IMG/VR virus record: IMGVR_UViG_3300017991_000062
Coordinates: 49,078-113,077 of that record
Length of the DNA stretch: 64,000 nt
Origin: a virus
Reading direction: 5' to 3' (one strand)
Part shown: positions 56,867 to 64,000 of the stretch, in pieces
Layout: each line of letters opens with the position of its first letter
How positions within the stretch are numbered: the stretch's first letter is position 1
The notes under the pieces: generated by a model
The model's database searches: none
What the model was told of the DNA's origin: nothing
The model's input: the letters and a program-made list of their open reading frames with translations, nothing else
Program-made: the position numbers and the translations under genes

Positions 56867-57238
56867 ATGGACACGGCGAAGACCTGGGACGTGAACTGGA
56901 CGGACTTCCGCTTCGGCAGCCGTACCCTGAAGGCCGAGGCCCGCACCGACGTCAGCCGCCCGGGGTTGCACCTCGCCCCGGTGCTGCTCCGCGGTGAGCG
57001 CGGCGCCCTCTACGCCCTGGTCCGCACCGACGAGGGCAGCGCGGCATTCCACGCCCTGAACCTGCGCACCGGCAAGGCCGACCTCCGCTGCGTCTGGTTC
57101 GTGCGGCCGATGGCGCCGGTCGACGGTGTGATGCAGTTCGACATCCGGCGCGTCGGGCATGCCGAGTGCCCGTTGCGGCCGACCCCGTTCATGTTCGGCA
57201 ACGCCTCCCGGGCCGGCGCGCTGCCGGCCGCGGCGTAG
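56867..57238 (+). CDS. Hypothetical early protein
   Basis: RBS ggag; alternative start at 56834. Confidence 0.55.
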   Translation: MDTAKTWDVNWTDFRFGSRTLKAEARTDVSRPGLHLAPVLLRGERGALYALVRTDEGSAAFHALNLRTGKADLRCVWFVRPMAPVDGVMQFDIRRVGHAECPLRPTPFMFGNASRAGALPAAA

Positions 57239-57248
57239 GGAGTAGACG

Positions 57249-58706
57249 ATGACGACGACCCCGAAGTGGATGGTGTTCTCCTACGGGATGGGTGTGGACA
57301 GCACGGCGATCCTCCTTCGCTACCTGGCCGAGCCCCACACCTGCCCGGTCCCGCTGGACCACGTCATTCTCCTCACGGCCCAGGTGGGCAACGAGTTCCC
57401 CACGACGGGCGAGCTGGTCACCGAGCACATCCTGCCCAGGCTGCGCGAGGCCGGCGTCCGGTTCGTGCAGGTGGGCAAGGCCGGCCCGAGCGGCGCCGCG
57501 GCCGAGGTGCTGGAGGACAGCACGAGCCCTGCCGAGTGCCACCTCGCAGGCGCCTACCCCATCGCCGCCGAGATGAAGGGCGCGGCGACCATCCCGACGA
57601 CCGGGGGCTGCCGCAAGTGCTCGCTCAAGTTCAAGGGCGCCGTGCTGGACCACTGGGTCGCGCGCGAGCTTGGCGACGAGCCCTACCTCCACGTCATCGG
57701 CTTCAACGCCGACGAGCTGCGTCGGGTCGAGAAGGACCAGGTGTTCGGCAAGGCTGGCTCCCGGGTGGCCTGCTACCCGCTGGTCGAGTGGGGCTGGGAC
57801 CGGGCCAAGTGCCACGACTACATCACCGAGCAGACCGGCGTCCGCTGGCTCAAGAGCGCGTGCTCGTTCTGCCCCTTCAGCCAGGGCAAGGGCACGGTCG
57901 TTGACCGCTACCTGGCCGAGCCCGAGGCCGCGGCCGAGGCCCTGGTCATCGAAGAGGTGGCGCTGCGCTTCAACCCCCGGATGAAGCTGTTCAAGAGCCG
58001 CACACTGCGCGGCGTCCTGGAGGCCAGCGGCAACACCGAGGCGCTCGCCTTGGCCGACTCGATGCTGGACGCGGTGCCCTGGGCGGTCTTCCGCATGCGC
58101 CGGGCGATGATGCCGGCCAAGGCGAACCCGGCCAAGCGCGGCTTCGGCATGCGGGCCATTGAGCGCACCACCGACACCATGACCCGCGCCGAGGCCGAGG
58201 CCACCCTGGGCGGCGCCCGGCAGGTGGTGCTCGACACGGGCGAGGGCTTCCCGCGGCGCGAGGAGTCCCTGGTCGCTGCCCCGGCCTGGGTCCAGGAGAA
58301 GGCTGGCCGCTACGGCATCGAGCGCTTCACCGAGCTGTGGAACGACGCCGCCGCGGCCCAGGGTGAGCCCCAGGTCGCCACCACGGCCGAAACGACCCAG
58401 GCCCCGACCCAGGCAGAGGCCGAGGCTCCTGCGGCTCGCAGGGCGGGCGTGGTCCTGCCCAAGGACGAGCGCGATGCCCTGGGCGAGGCCGCCCGGGTGG
58501 CGCTCGCGGCAGCCGGCCCGCTCACGGCCGCCGAGGTGCACGCGGCCATCACTCGCCAGGCCCCGGCCGAGCTAAAGACCTGGGCAGCCCAGGACCACGG
58601 CTGGCAGTACACGCGGGTCTTCGATAGCTTGCGCCGGCTCGCCAAGGCCGGCGACCTGACCGCGACCAAGACCGGACGGACGACCCGCTACGGCGTGGCC
58701 GTCTAG
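57249..58706 (+). CDS. PP-loop (PAPS reductase/adenine-nucleotide alpha-hydrolase-like) enzyme with C-terminal wHTH
   Basis: SYGMGVDS, CS.KFK, IGFNADE..R, YPLVEWGWDR..C, KSACSFCPF. Confidence 0.75.
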   Translation: MTTTPKWMVFSYGMGVDSTAILLRYLAEPHTCPVPLDHVILLTAQVGNEFPTTGELVTEHILPRLREAGVRFVQVGKAGPSGAAAEVLEDSTSPAECHLAGAYPIAAEMKGAATIPTTGGCRKCSLKFKGAVLDHWVARELGDEPYLHVIGFNADELRRVEKDQVFGKAGSRVACYPLVEWGWDRAKCHDYITEQTGVRWLKSACSFCPFSQGKGTVVDRYLAEPEAAAEALVIEEVALRFNPRMKLFKSRTLRGVLEASGNTEALALADSMLDAVPWAVFRMRRAMMPAKANPAKRGFGMRAIERTTDTMTRAEAEATLGGARQVVLDTGEGFPRREESLVAAPAWVQEKAGRYGIERFTELWNDAAAAQGEPQVATTAETTQAPTQAEAEAPAARRAGVVLPKDERDALGEAARVALAAAGPLTAAEVHAAITRQAPAELKTWAAQDHGWQYTRVFDSLRRLAKAGDLTATKTGRTTRYGVAV

Positions 58707-58712
58707 AACTGT
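58684..58712 (+). promoter_or_regulatory. Phage-specific promoter motif copy 6 (N18 spacer)
   Basis: CCCG-N18-GAACTGT just before the RBS ggagggagg. Confidence 0.55.
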
Positions 58713-58727
58713 ATGGAGGGAGGCACA

Positions 58728-59741
58728 GTGGACCTCAACGAATTCCGACACCGCTACCGCAAGGGGCGCCCCAGGCCGAAGCCGAAGAAGAAGCCCAGGC
58801 CGCACCTCAACGGGTCGGCGCAGGGTCGCATCTTCACCCTGGCCGAGGAGGCGTGCGTCCAGGCCGCGGCGAGCCTCGCCCACGTCGGGACGGCGCTCAT
58901 CGACAACCGGGAGACCGACCAGTGGCGCATCCGCTTCAGGGTGCCGATGGGCACTGAGCTGACCGCGGCGAACGAGGAGGCCGCCCGGCTCATGGGTGAC
59001 GCCCCGAACGGCGCCCCGGAGACCCTGGGCGAGCTGGCGGCCGGGCTCGCCCTCGCCCGGTCGCACGACGACGGGTACGTCCCGACCGCCGCGGACCACG
59101 CGACCAGCCGCATCCAGAACCCGGAGTACAACTCGTCTCGCAACGCCCTCGTCTTCCGGGTGCACGGGCCTCGCCGCTTCATCGCCAGCATGTCGGAGCC
59201 AAACGACCCCATCCGCGGCAAGGACGCCGAACGAGGCGTGAGGCTCCCGCACTCCGTCCTCCCGGCCGGTCGCTTCCCCAAGGGCGCCCACCGGGCCGAC
59301 AGGCGCATCCCGGAGATCGAGGCCACGACCAGGCTCGCAGCCGCGGCGAACATCGGCACGCTCCGGGGCATCAACGGCTTCGGCGGCGAGTGGGACCACC
59401 TGCGCTTCATCACGGTCAGCGTGCTCAAGAGCCGGTGGGAGCAGGCCCTCGGCGCCCTGGAACTCAAGGAACTCCGCGAAAACCCTCGGGCCAAGGACGC
59501 CGCCGCCAGGCGCAAAAAGAGGCCTCGAAAGCTGGCCTGCGCCATCACGGCCAAGCTCTTCGACGAGGCCGGCACCCTGGGCAGCACCTACGAGATCCCG
59601 CCCGGTGGCGCTGCGCCCCTGGCCTACACCGTTCCGACCGAGCACCTGCCCGGCTACATCACCTTCAAGGTTTACGGCCCGAAGGCGATGCTGTCGAAGC
59701 TGACTGCCCTGCGCCGGCTGCCACACCACCGGCCGAGCTGA
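58728..59741 (+). CDS. Hypothetical protein with shared N-terminal motif
   Basis: MDLNEFRHRYRKG; strong RBS. Confidence 0.65.
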   Translation: MDLNEFRHRYRKGRPRPKPKKKPRPHLNGSAQGRIFTLAEEACVQAAASLAHVGTALIDNRETDQWRIRFRVPMGTELTAANEEAARLMGDAPNGAPETLGELAAGLALARSHDDGYVPTAADHATSRIQNPEYNSSRNALVFRVHGPRRFIASMSEPNDPIRGKDAERGVRLPHSVLPAGRFPKGAHRADRRIPEIEATTRLAAAANIGTLRGINGFGGEWDHLRFITVSVLKSRWEQALGALELKELRENPRAKDAAARRKKRPRKLACAITAKLFDEAGTLGSTYEIPPGGAAPLAYTVPTEHLPGYITFKVYGPKAMLSKLTALRRLPHHRPS

Positions 59742-60649
59742 TGAAGCTGCGCGACCTGCGACGGCTGTTCAGGCGCGGCCGGTGGAAGCCGGCCGAGCCC
59801 GAGCCAAAGAAGGCGGCAGTCGTCACCAAAGAGGACGCGAAGAGGCTCGCGCATGCGTTCGAGCTGGCCAAGGCCATCCGTGCGGAGAACCCACACCACC
59901 CGTCACGCGGCATCCCGAAGGCCCTCCCGCTCGCGAGGGGCATCGAGGAGCTATCGCGGCGCCTGGGCGTCACCCTGGACACGGCCGCGACCGCGCTCGA
60001 CACGGAGATCCGCGCAGCTCTCGACGCTGTTCCAGGGGCGCGCCTGCCGAAGCTGGAGGTGCTGGTCACGGTCGCGGCGACCAGGACGCTGACCGAGGCC
60101 GGTGTGAAGATGCCTCCGACGCCGACGAAGGTCATGCGCAAGGAGTTCATCATCATCGACGACATCCCAGGCCCAGGCGGGGTCAAGTTCAGAGACCCCG
60201 ACGCGCTGCCGCCACACCCGGCCATCGAGAGCGGGCCTATTGAAGACCCGGAGGAGCGTGAGCGGGAGGTGCGGGCGGCCCTGAAGCGCTGGCACGAGCG
60301 CGAGCTGACCGACAAGGGCGTCGAGCGATTCAGCGTCCACCTCCCGGCCAGCGCTGTCGAGGAGGCGACCAGCCGGCTCGCGTCAAAGGTCGGTTGGCCG
60401 CCTCCACCGCCGAAGCCAGACGACATCGAGATCCGGCCGATGACCAGAGAGGAGATCGAGGAGGTCGCCAGGCTTTACGACATCGACCGGCCACCCGTGA
60501 AGCCGGTGAAGCTGAAGAAGGCCAGGACGAGCGAGGAGCTGATGCGTGATATCGAGGCCGGCATTGCGGGCATCCCTGACGAGGTGGTGGACCGCGTCAT
60601 GGCCAGGGCTATTTTCGGAGACGACAACCCAGAGGGTGACGACGAATGA
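59741..60649 (+). CDS. Hypothetical protein with shared N-terminal motif
   Basis: MKLRDLRRLFRRG; TGATG coupling. Confidence 0.65.
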   Translation: MKLRDLRRLFRRGRWKPAEPEPKKAAVVTKEDAKRLAHAFELAKAIRAENPHHPSRGIPKALPLARGIEELSRRLGVTLDTAATALDTEIRAALDAVPGARLPKLEVLVTVAATRTLTEAGVKMPPTPTKVMRKEFIIIDDIPGPGGVKFRDPDALPPHPAIESGPIEDPEEREREVRAALKRWHERELTDKGVERFSVHLPASAVEEATSRLASKVGWPPPPPKPDDIEIRPMTREEIEEVARLYDIDRPPVKPVKLKKARTSEELMRDIEAGIAGIPDEVVDRVMARAIFGDDNPEGDDE

Positions 60650-61500
60650 AGCTCAACGAGCTGCGCCACCGCTACCGCAAGGGCAGGCCCAAGCGTCGGC
60701 CACGGCCAAGCCCCCGGGCCTGGATAGCAGAAGAGGCGAAGAAGGGCCGCCCTCTGAACGTGGCCGAGGCCACCCGGGCAGCAGAGCAGCTCTCGGCAGC
60801 GTTCGGCATCACCAAGGACCACGCCTCCGGTATACTGGCGCGGGTGGTGAACGGTCTGGAGCGAGACAAAGGCGGGAAGGAGTATGTGACGGCGGCCGAG
60901 CTGGAAGCGACAACCGAGGGGTTGATACTCACGAGCAGCCCGAGGCCCGACAGCCGCCGCGGCAGGCGCAAGGCAGACCTGGAGACCCTGAAGCGGGCCA
61001 GGGCAGACAGACGGGAGAGCAGGAAGACCAGACGCACCAGAGCCACGTTCCCAGGGCTGCGCCACCCGAGCAAGGCCGCGGAGGAGCTACTGCTAGCAGC
61101 GGACGGCCGCTGGACCAGGAGCAGCACCGACGCAGCGACCGCGGTGCTGACGCTGGACCTGTGGCCCAGGAAAGCGATGCTGGAAAGCCTGCGCGAGCTG
61201 AACAGGAAGTATCGACCAAGGCCACTGGGCAGGATAGTGTCGAGGACCGTGGAGGACACGATAGCCACGCTGGCGATACGGCACCTGGTCAAGCTGGCCG
61301 GGCTACGACTCGCAGCCCCGACGACGATGACCAGGGTAGCCGGCATCCGAGCAGAGGAACACCCGAGACACCCGGAGCGAGGACACATCCAGCTCACCTA
61401 TACGGGGAGCCCGAAGCAGGTAGCTGAAGCAGCGCACGCGCTGAAGGTGCTACAGGGAAGAAAGGCTCTAGATGACCTCACGAGCACACCCGCAGAGTAG
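60646..61500 (+). CDS. Hypothetical protein with shared N-terminal motif, atypical codons
   Basis: MKLNELRHRYRKG; ATGA overlap. Confidence 0.6.
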   Translation: MKLNELRHRYRKGRPKRRPRPSPRAWIAEEAKKGRPLNVAEATRAAEQLSAAFGITKDHASGILARVVNGLERDKGGKEYVTAAELEATTEGLILTSSPRPDSRRGRRKADLETLKRARADRRESRKTRRTRATFPGLRHPSKAAEELLLAADGRWTRSSTDAATAVLTLDLWPRKAMLESLRELNRKYRPRPLGRIVSRTVEDTIATLAIRHLVKLAGLRLAAPTTMTRVAGIRAEEHPRHPERGHIQLTYTGSPKQVAEAAHALKVLQGRKALDDLTSTPAE

Positions 61501-61543
61501 GAACGACCAGAGCACCCACTTCAGGCCCACGTGATACGAGCTA

Positions 61544-61646
61544 CCCCACAAAGGCAGAACCCCACAAAGGGGAGCTAACCCCAGGGAACCACGAGAACCA
61601 CCCCACAAAGGCAGAGCCCAGACACACCAGTAGAACCCCACAAAGG
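61544..61646. repeat. Second CCCCACAAAGG iteron cluster (non-coding)
   Basis: Direct copies at 61544, 61560, 61601 and 61636. Confidence 0.85.
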
Positions 61647-61862
61647 GCAGTAGAACAGAGGGCAGGGCAGGAAGTAGGATAGGCGAGCGAGTATCACAGA
61701 ATCCAACAGGGGGCAGAGACAGGGGGAGAGGTAGCGATAGAGGGGTGTGCAGGGGGAGGAAGAGCAAGGGGTGCCCCAAGCCCCGGGGAGGTGGGGAGGT
61801 CTACACCGCTCGCTATCGAGCCTCATCGCCCTGAACAGCCTGGCGGATGATTCCTGGACAGC

Positions 61863-62293
61863 GAGCATCCCCGAGCATCCGTGAGCATCCCCCAGGCCCC
61901 GAAGTGAGCACCACCGAGCACCCCGGAACCTACACGAGCCCTCGATAGCTACCAGGGCAGCACACCTCCCCCGAGCCTCCCCAGGCCCAGGCCCCAGGAT
62001 CACAGCCCACCCCCACAAGCCGAAGCCCAGGACACCGGCCAGGAAGCATCCGAGCTACCACGACGACCGATAGTCGTTCGTGCTCTGGTGCGAGGATTAG
62101 CGAGCCGATTTTGTAGCCCTGGAGGTTGCCACCCTGACCAAGGCCACCACCACCGGCAATCGAGCTGCCCAGGCCCAGGCCCACGGCCCAGGGCTGTCAG
62201 TGGGGGGCAACCGAGCTGCCCGGCCCGGTCGGGAGGTGTGACGTGCCTGACCGCATCCAACTTCCAACCTCGTCAGGGATGCTCGGGGATGCT
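61863..62293. repeat. GAGCATCC tandem units and a 17-bp inverted repeat
   Basis: agcatccccgagcatcc at 61864-61880 is the reverse complement of 62277-62293. Confidence 0.75.
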
Positions 62294-62391
62294 AGCAGCG
62301 ATTCGACCCCCCTTACCCGCACCCGGGCGGGCGGGCGCGTGTACGTGATTGCCTGACCGCCTCCAGAAACGCGCTCTATTTCTGAACCCCC

Positions 62392-62443
62392 TTAAACCTG
62401 GAGGTTGACACTCTGCCCCTTGCCGCTGACGACCTGGAACTGT
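62392..62443 (+). promoter_or_regulatory. Composite site: TTAAACCTGGAGGTTGACA plus phage promoter motif copy 7
   Basis: TTGACA at 62405; CCCC(62416)-N17-GAACTGT(62437); RBS aggagg follows. Confidence 0.55.
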
Positions 62444-62462
62444 AGAGCAGGAGGTGCGAAGC

Positions 62463-62615
62463 ATGAAGCCCGAGACCATCCGCGAGGCCCTGGAAGAAAT
62501 CCGACAGCTCGCGCGGCTCCACGCCCGGCACGGGCGCTCGCCGTCCGAAATGAACGACCTCGCAGACCGGGTGGATGACGCCCTGGAGCTGGTCGCAGAG
62601 GAGAAGACCAGGTGA
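62463..62615 (+). CDS. Small hypothetical protein (MKPETIREAL...)
   Basis: 50 aa ORF not in the supplied track; strong RBS; GTGA overlap with the next gene. Confidence 0.55.
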   Translation: MKPETIREALEEIRQLARLHARHGRSPSEMNDLADRVDDALELVAEEKTR

Positions 62616-62893
62616 CCAGGAAGCTCACGAACATCGACGTCGCCCGAGCCCAGGAGCTAGTCACCATCTGCGAGGAGCGTGGGCTCATCCACAGGGCCTA
62701 CCACCCACTCAACGAGGTGCTGGAGCTGTTCCCCCTGCTCGTGGATGCGGTGGTGGTCATGCGGGACGAAGACCCCACCCCGGAGAGCAGGGCGCTCGCC
62801 GAGGTCTGGGGGCACACCCGCAAGGCACACGAGCTGATGGAGTCCATCCGGCCGCCTGGCGGCTGGCCGCAGAAAAAGGAAGGTGAGCGATGA
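62612..62893 (+). CDS. Hypothetical protein
   Basis: Coupled ORF. Confidence 0.5.
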   Translation: MTRKLTNIDVARAQELVTICEERGLIHRAYHPLNEVLELFPLLVDAVVVMRDEDPTPESRALAEVWGHTRKAHELMESIRPPGGWPQKKEGER

Positions 62894-63099
62894 AGCTCTA
62901 CAGGACCAGCTTCGACGGCCCGGTGACGGGCGGAACCGCGGTGGTGCTCGCGGCCAACCGGCCCCACGCCCTGCGCATGCTCCACGCGCAGCACGGCGAC
63001 GACCTGTTCGACGATGGGCAGCCCATCACCGCGAGCGACCTCAAGGAGGTCCCGCTCGACGCGGCCTGCGTCGTCCACTACGACTCCGGGGATTACTGA
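62890..63099 (+). CDS. Small hypothetical protein (KLYR...VVLAA module)
   Basis: Similar to the C-terminus of 63359-63790. Confidence 0.55.
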   Translation: MKLYRTSFDGPVTGGTAVVLAANRPHALRMLHAQHGDDLFDDGQPITASDLKEVPLDAACVVHYDSGDY

Positions 63100-63362
63100 T
63101 GGCCAAGCGGCGCCCCAGAATCATCACCCTCCTGCGCCGGGCGTTCTCGGGCCGGTGGGACTACAACTGGCTTCTACACAGGTGGGAGCACGAGGACGGG
63201 TGGGCCGTCGAGCCGAGAGCCGCGCTCGCGCCGAAGTTCGACGGCGACGACGACAGCTTCGTCACCCGCTACTACCGCACCGACAACGGCGAGGAGGTGT
63301 GCCTCGGCGACACCTTTTCACAGGCCGGGATGATGCTGGCCAAGACAAGGAGGAAGGCGTGA
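63099..63362 (+). CDS. Hypothetical protein
   Basis: TGATG coupling. Confidence 0.5.
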   Translation: MAKRRPRIITLLRRAFSGRWDYNWLLHRWEHEDGWAVEPRAALAPKFDGDDDSFVTRYYRTDNGEEVCLGDTFSQAGMMLAKTRRKA

Positions 63363-63790
63363 ACGACACCGAATACCCCCTGCTCGTGGTCAGCGTGTCC
63401 GGCGGCCAGCTCACCATCCCGAGCATCGAGCGCCTCACCCAGTTCGTGAATGGTGTGGCCAAGGGCGACAAGAGAGCCCGCGCCCTGGTGCTGGAGTCCG
63501 ACGACCCCGAGGCCGAGGTCACCGTCACGCCCCTGTTCAGCCGCGCCTACTCCAAGCTCTACCGCCTGCGCTACGCGACCAGGCCAGGGGCCAACCGGCG
63601 CGAGGTGGTCGTGGCCGCGGCCAGCCGCGAGGAGGCGTGGCGCTTCATCGTCGAGCACGTCAACGGCGGCGTGGAGCCCATCGGGCCCGACGCGAGCTGG
63701 CTCGAAGAGCTGGAGGACTGCGACAAGGGCGGCGTCCTGGTCTACCTGGGCGACGTGGACGAGTACTTCACCAAGCGGAGGAAGCGATGA
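63359..63790 (+). CDS. Hypothetical protein
   Basis: RBS aggagga, GTG start. Confidence 0.55.
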   Translation: MNDTEYPLLVVSVSGGQLTIPSIERLTQFVNGVAKGDKRARALVLESDDPEAEVTVTPLFSRAYSKLYRLRYATRPGANRREVVVAAASREEAWRFIVEHVNGGVEPIGPDASWLEELEDCDKGGVLVYLGDVDEYFTKRRKR

Positions 63791-64000
63791 GGGGCAAGCT
63801 GAAGGTGTTCCCGTCACCGGCCCACGACAACCCGGGCAAGGAGCCGCTCGCAGAGTCGGACTGGTTCCGCATCGAGACGCCTGGCGGCGACCGCTTCGAC
63901 ATCCAACCGGCCGAGCACGGGCGCGGGTTGCGCGTGCGCCGAATCGACGGCTCCATCTACGTCCTGCCCGACTGCTCCAACGTCGTCGAGCTGGTGCCGC

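Noticed and set aside
61544-61646. CCCCACAAAGG cluster as a mini-CRISPR array
   Set aside because: The repeat is only 11 bp with irregular 5-30 nt gaps; it fits iterons better.
61500-62460. tRNA or other known RNA genes in the long non-coding stretch
   Set aside because: No convincing cloverleaf or T-loop context found by eye; a tRNAscan/Infernal run would be needed to exclude them.

Overview
This window is a 64 kb internal segment of a GC-rich, lytic-type tailed phage genome with a contractile tail; essentially all credible genes are on the + strand. Gene order: end of the tail/baseplate module (spike, gp25-like, baseplate J, gpI-like, tail fibre; 1-8.5 kb); a holin/spanin cassette containing an Acb2/Tad1-like micro-protein (9-10.5 kb); a large replication/recombination block (SF2 helicase, iteron-bearing initiator, DnaC-like, DnaB, primase, MoxR/CobS-like AAA + vWA, sigma-like factor, DnaE, UvsY-like, gp32-like SSB, RecA, SbcCD, resolvase, 5'-3' exonuclease, UDG; 10.6-37.4 kb); an amidase; a candidate DNA-modification pair (radical SAM + PAPS-reductase/methyltransferase fusion); many small accessory genes; and an early-type region with duplicated sigma70 promoter cassettes and a repeat-rich non-coding stretch (54.9-62.5 kb). 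Most notable, all read directly from the sequence: (i) a bipartite RCCCG-N17-GAACTGT promoter-like motif at 7 gene boundaries, alongside a phage sigma-like gene; (ii) a shared N-terminal peptide (M-x-L-x-[DE]-L-R-x-R-[YF]-x-K-G) on about 7 proteins; (iii) CCCCACAAAGG iterons both inside the initiator gene and about 49 kb away; (iv) a mobile Cys4 module and a winged-helix module each shared between different proteins. Functional labels come from recognising motifs by eye; no database searches were run.
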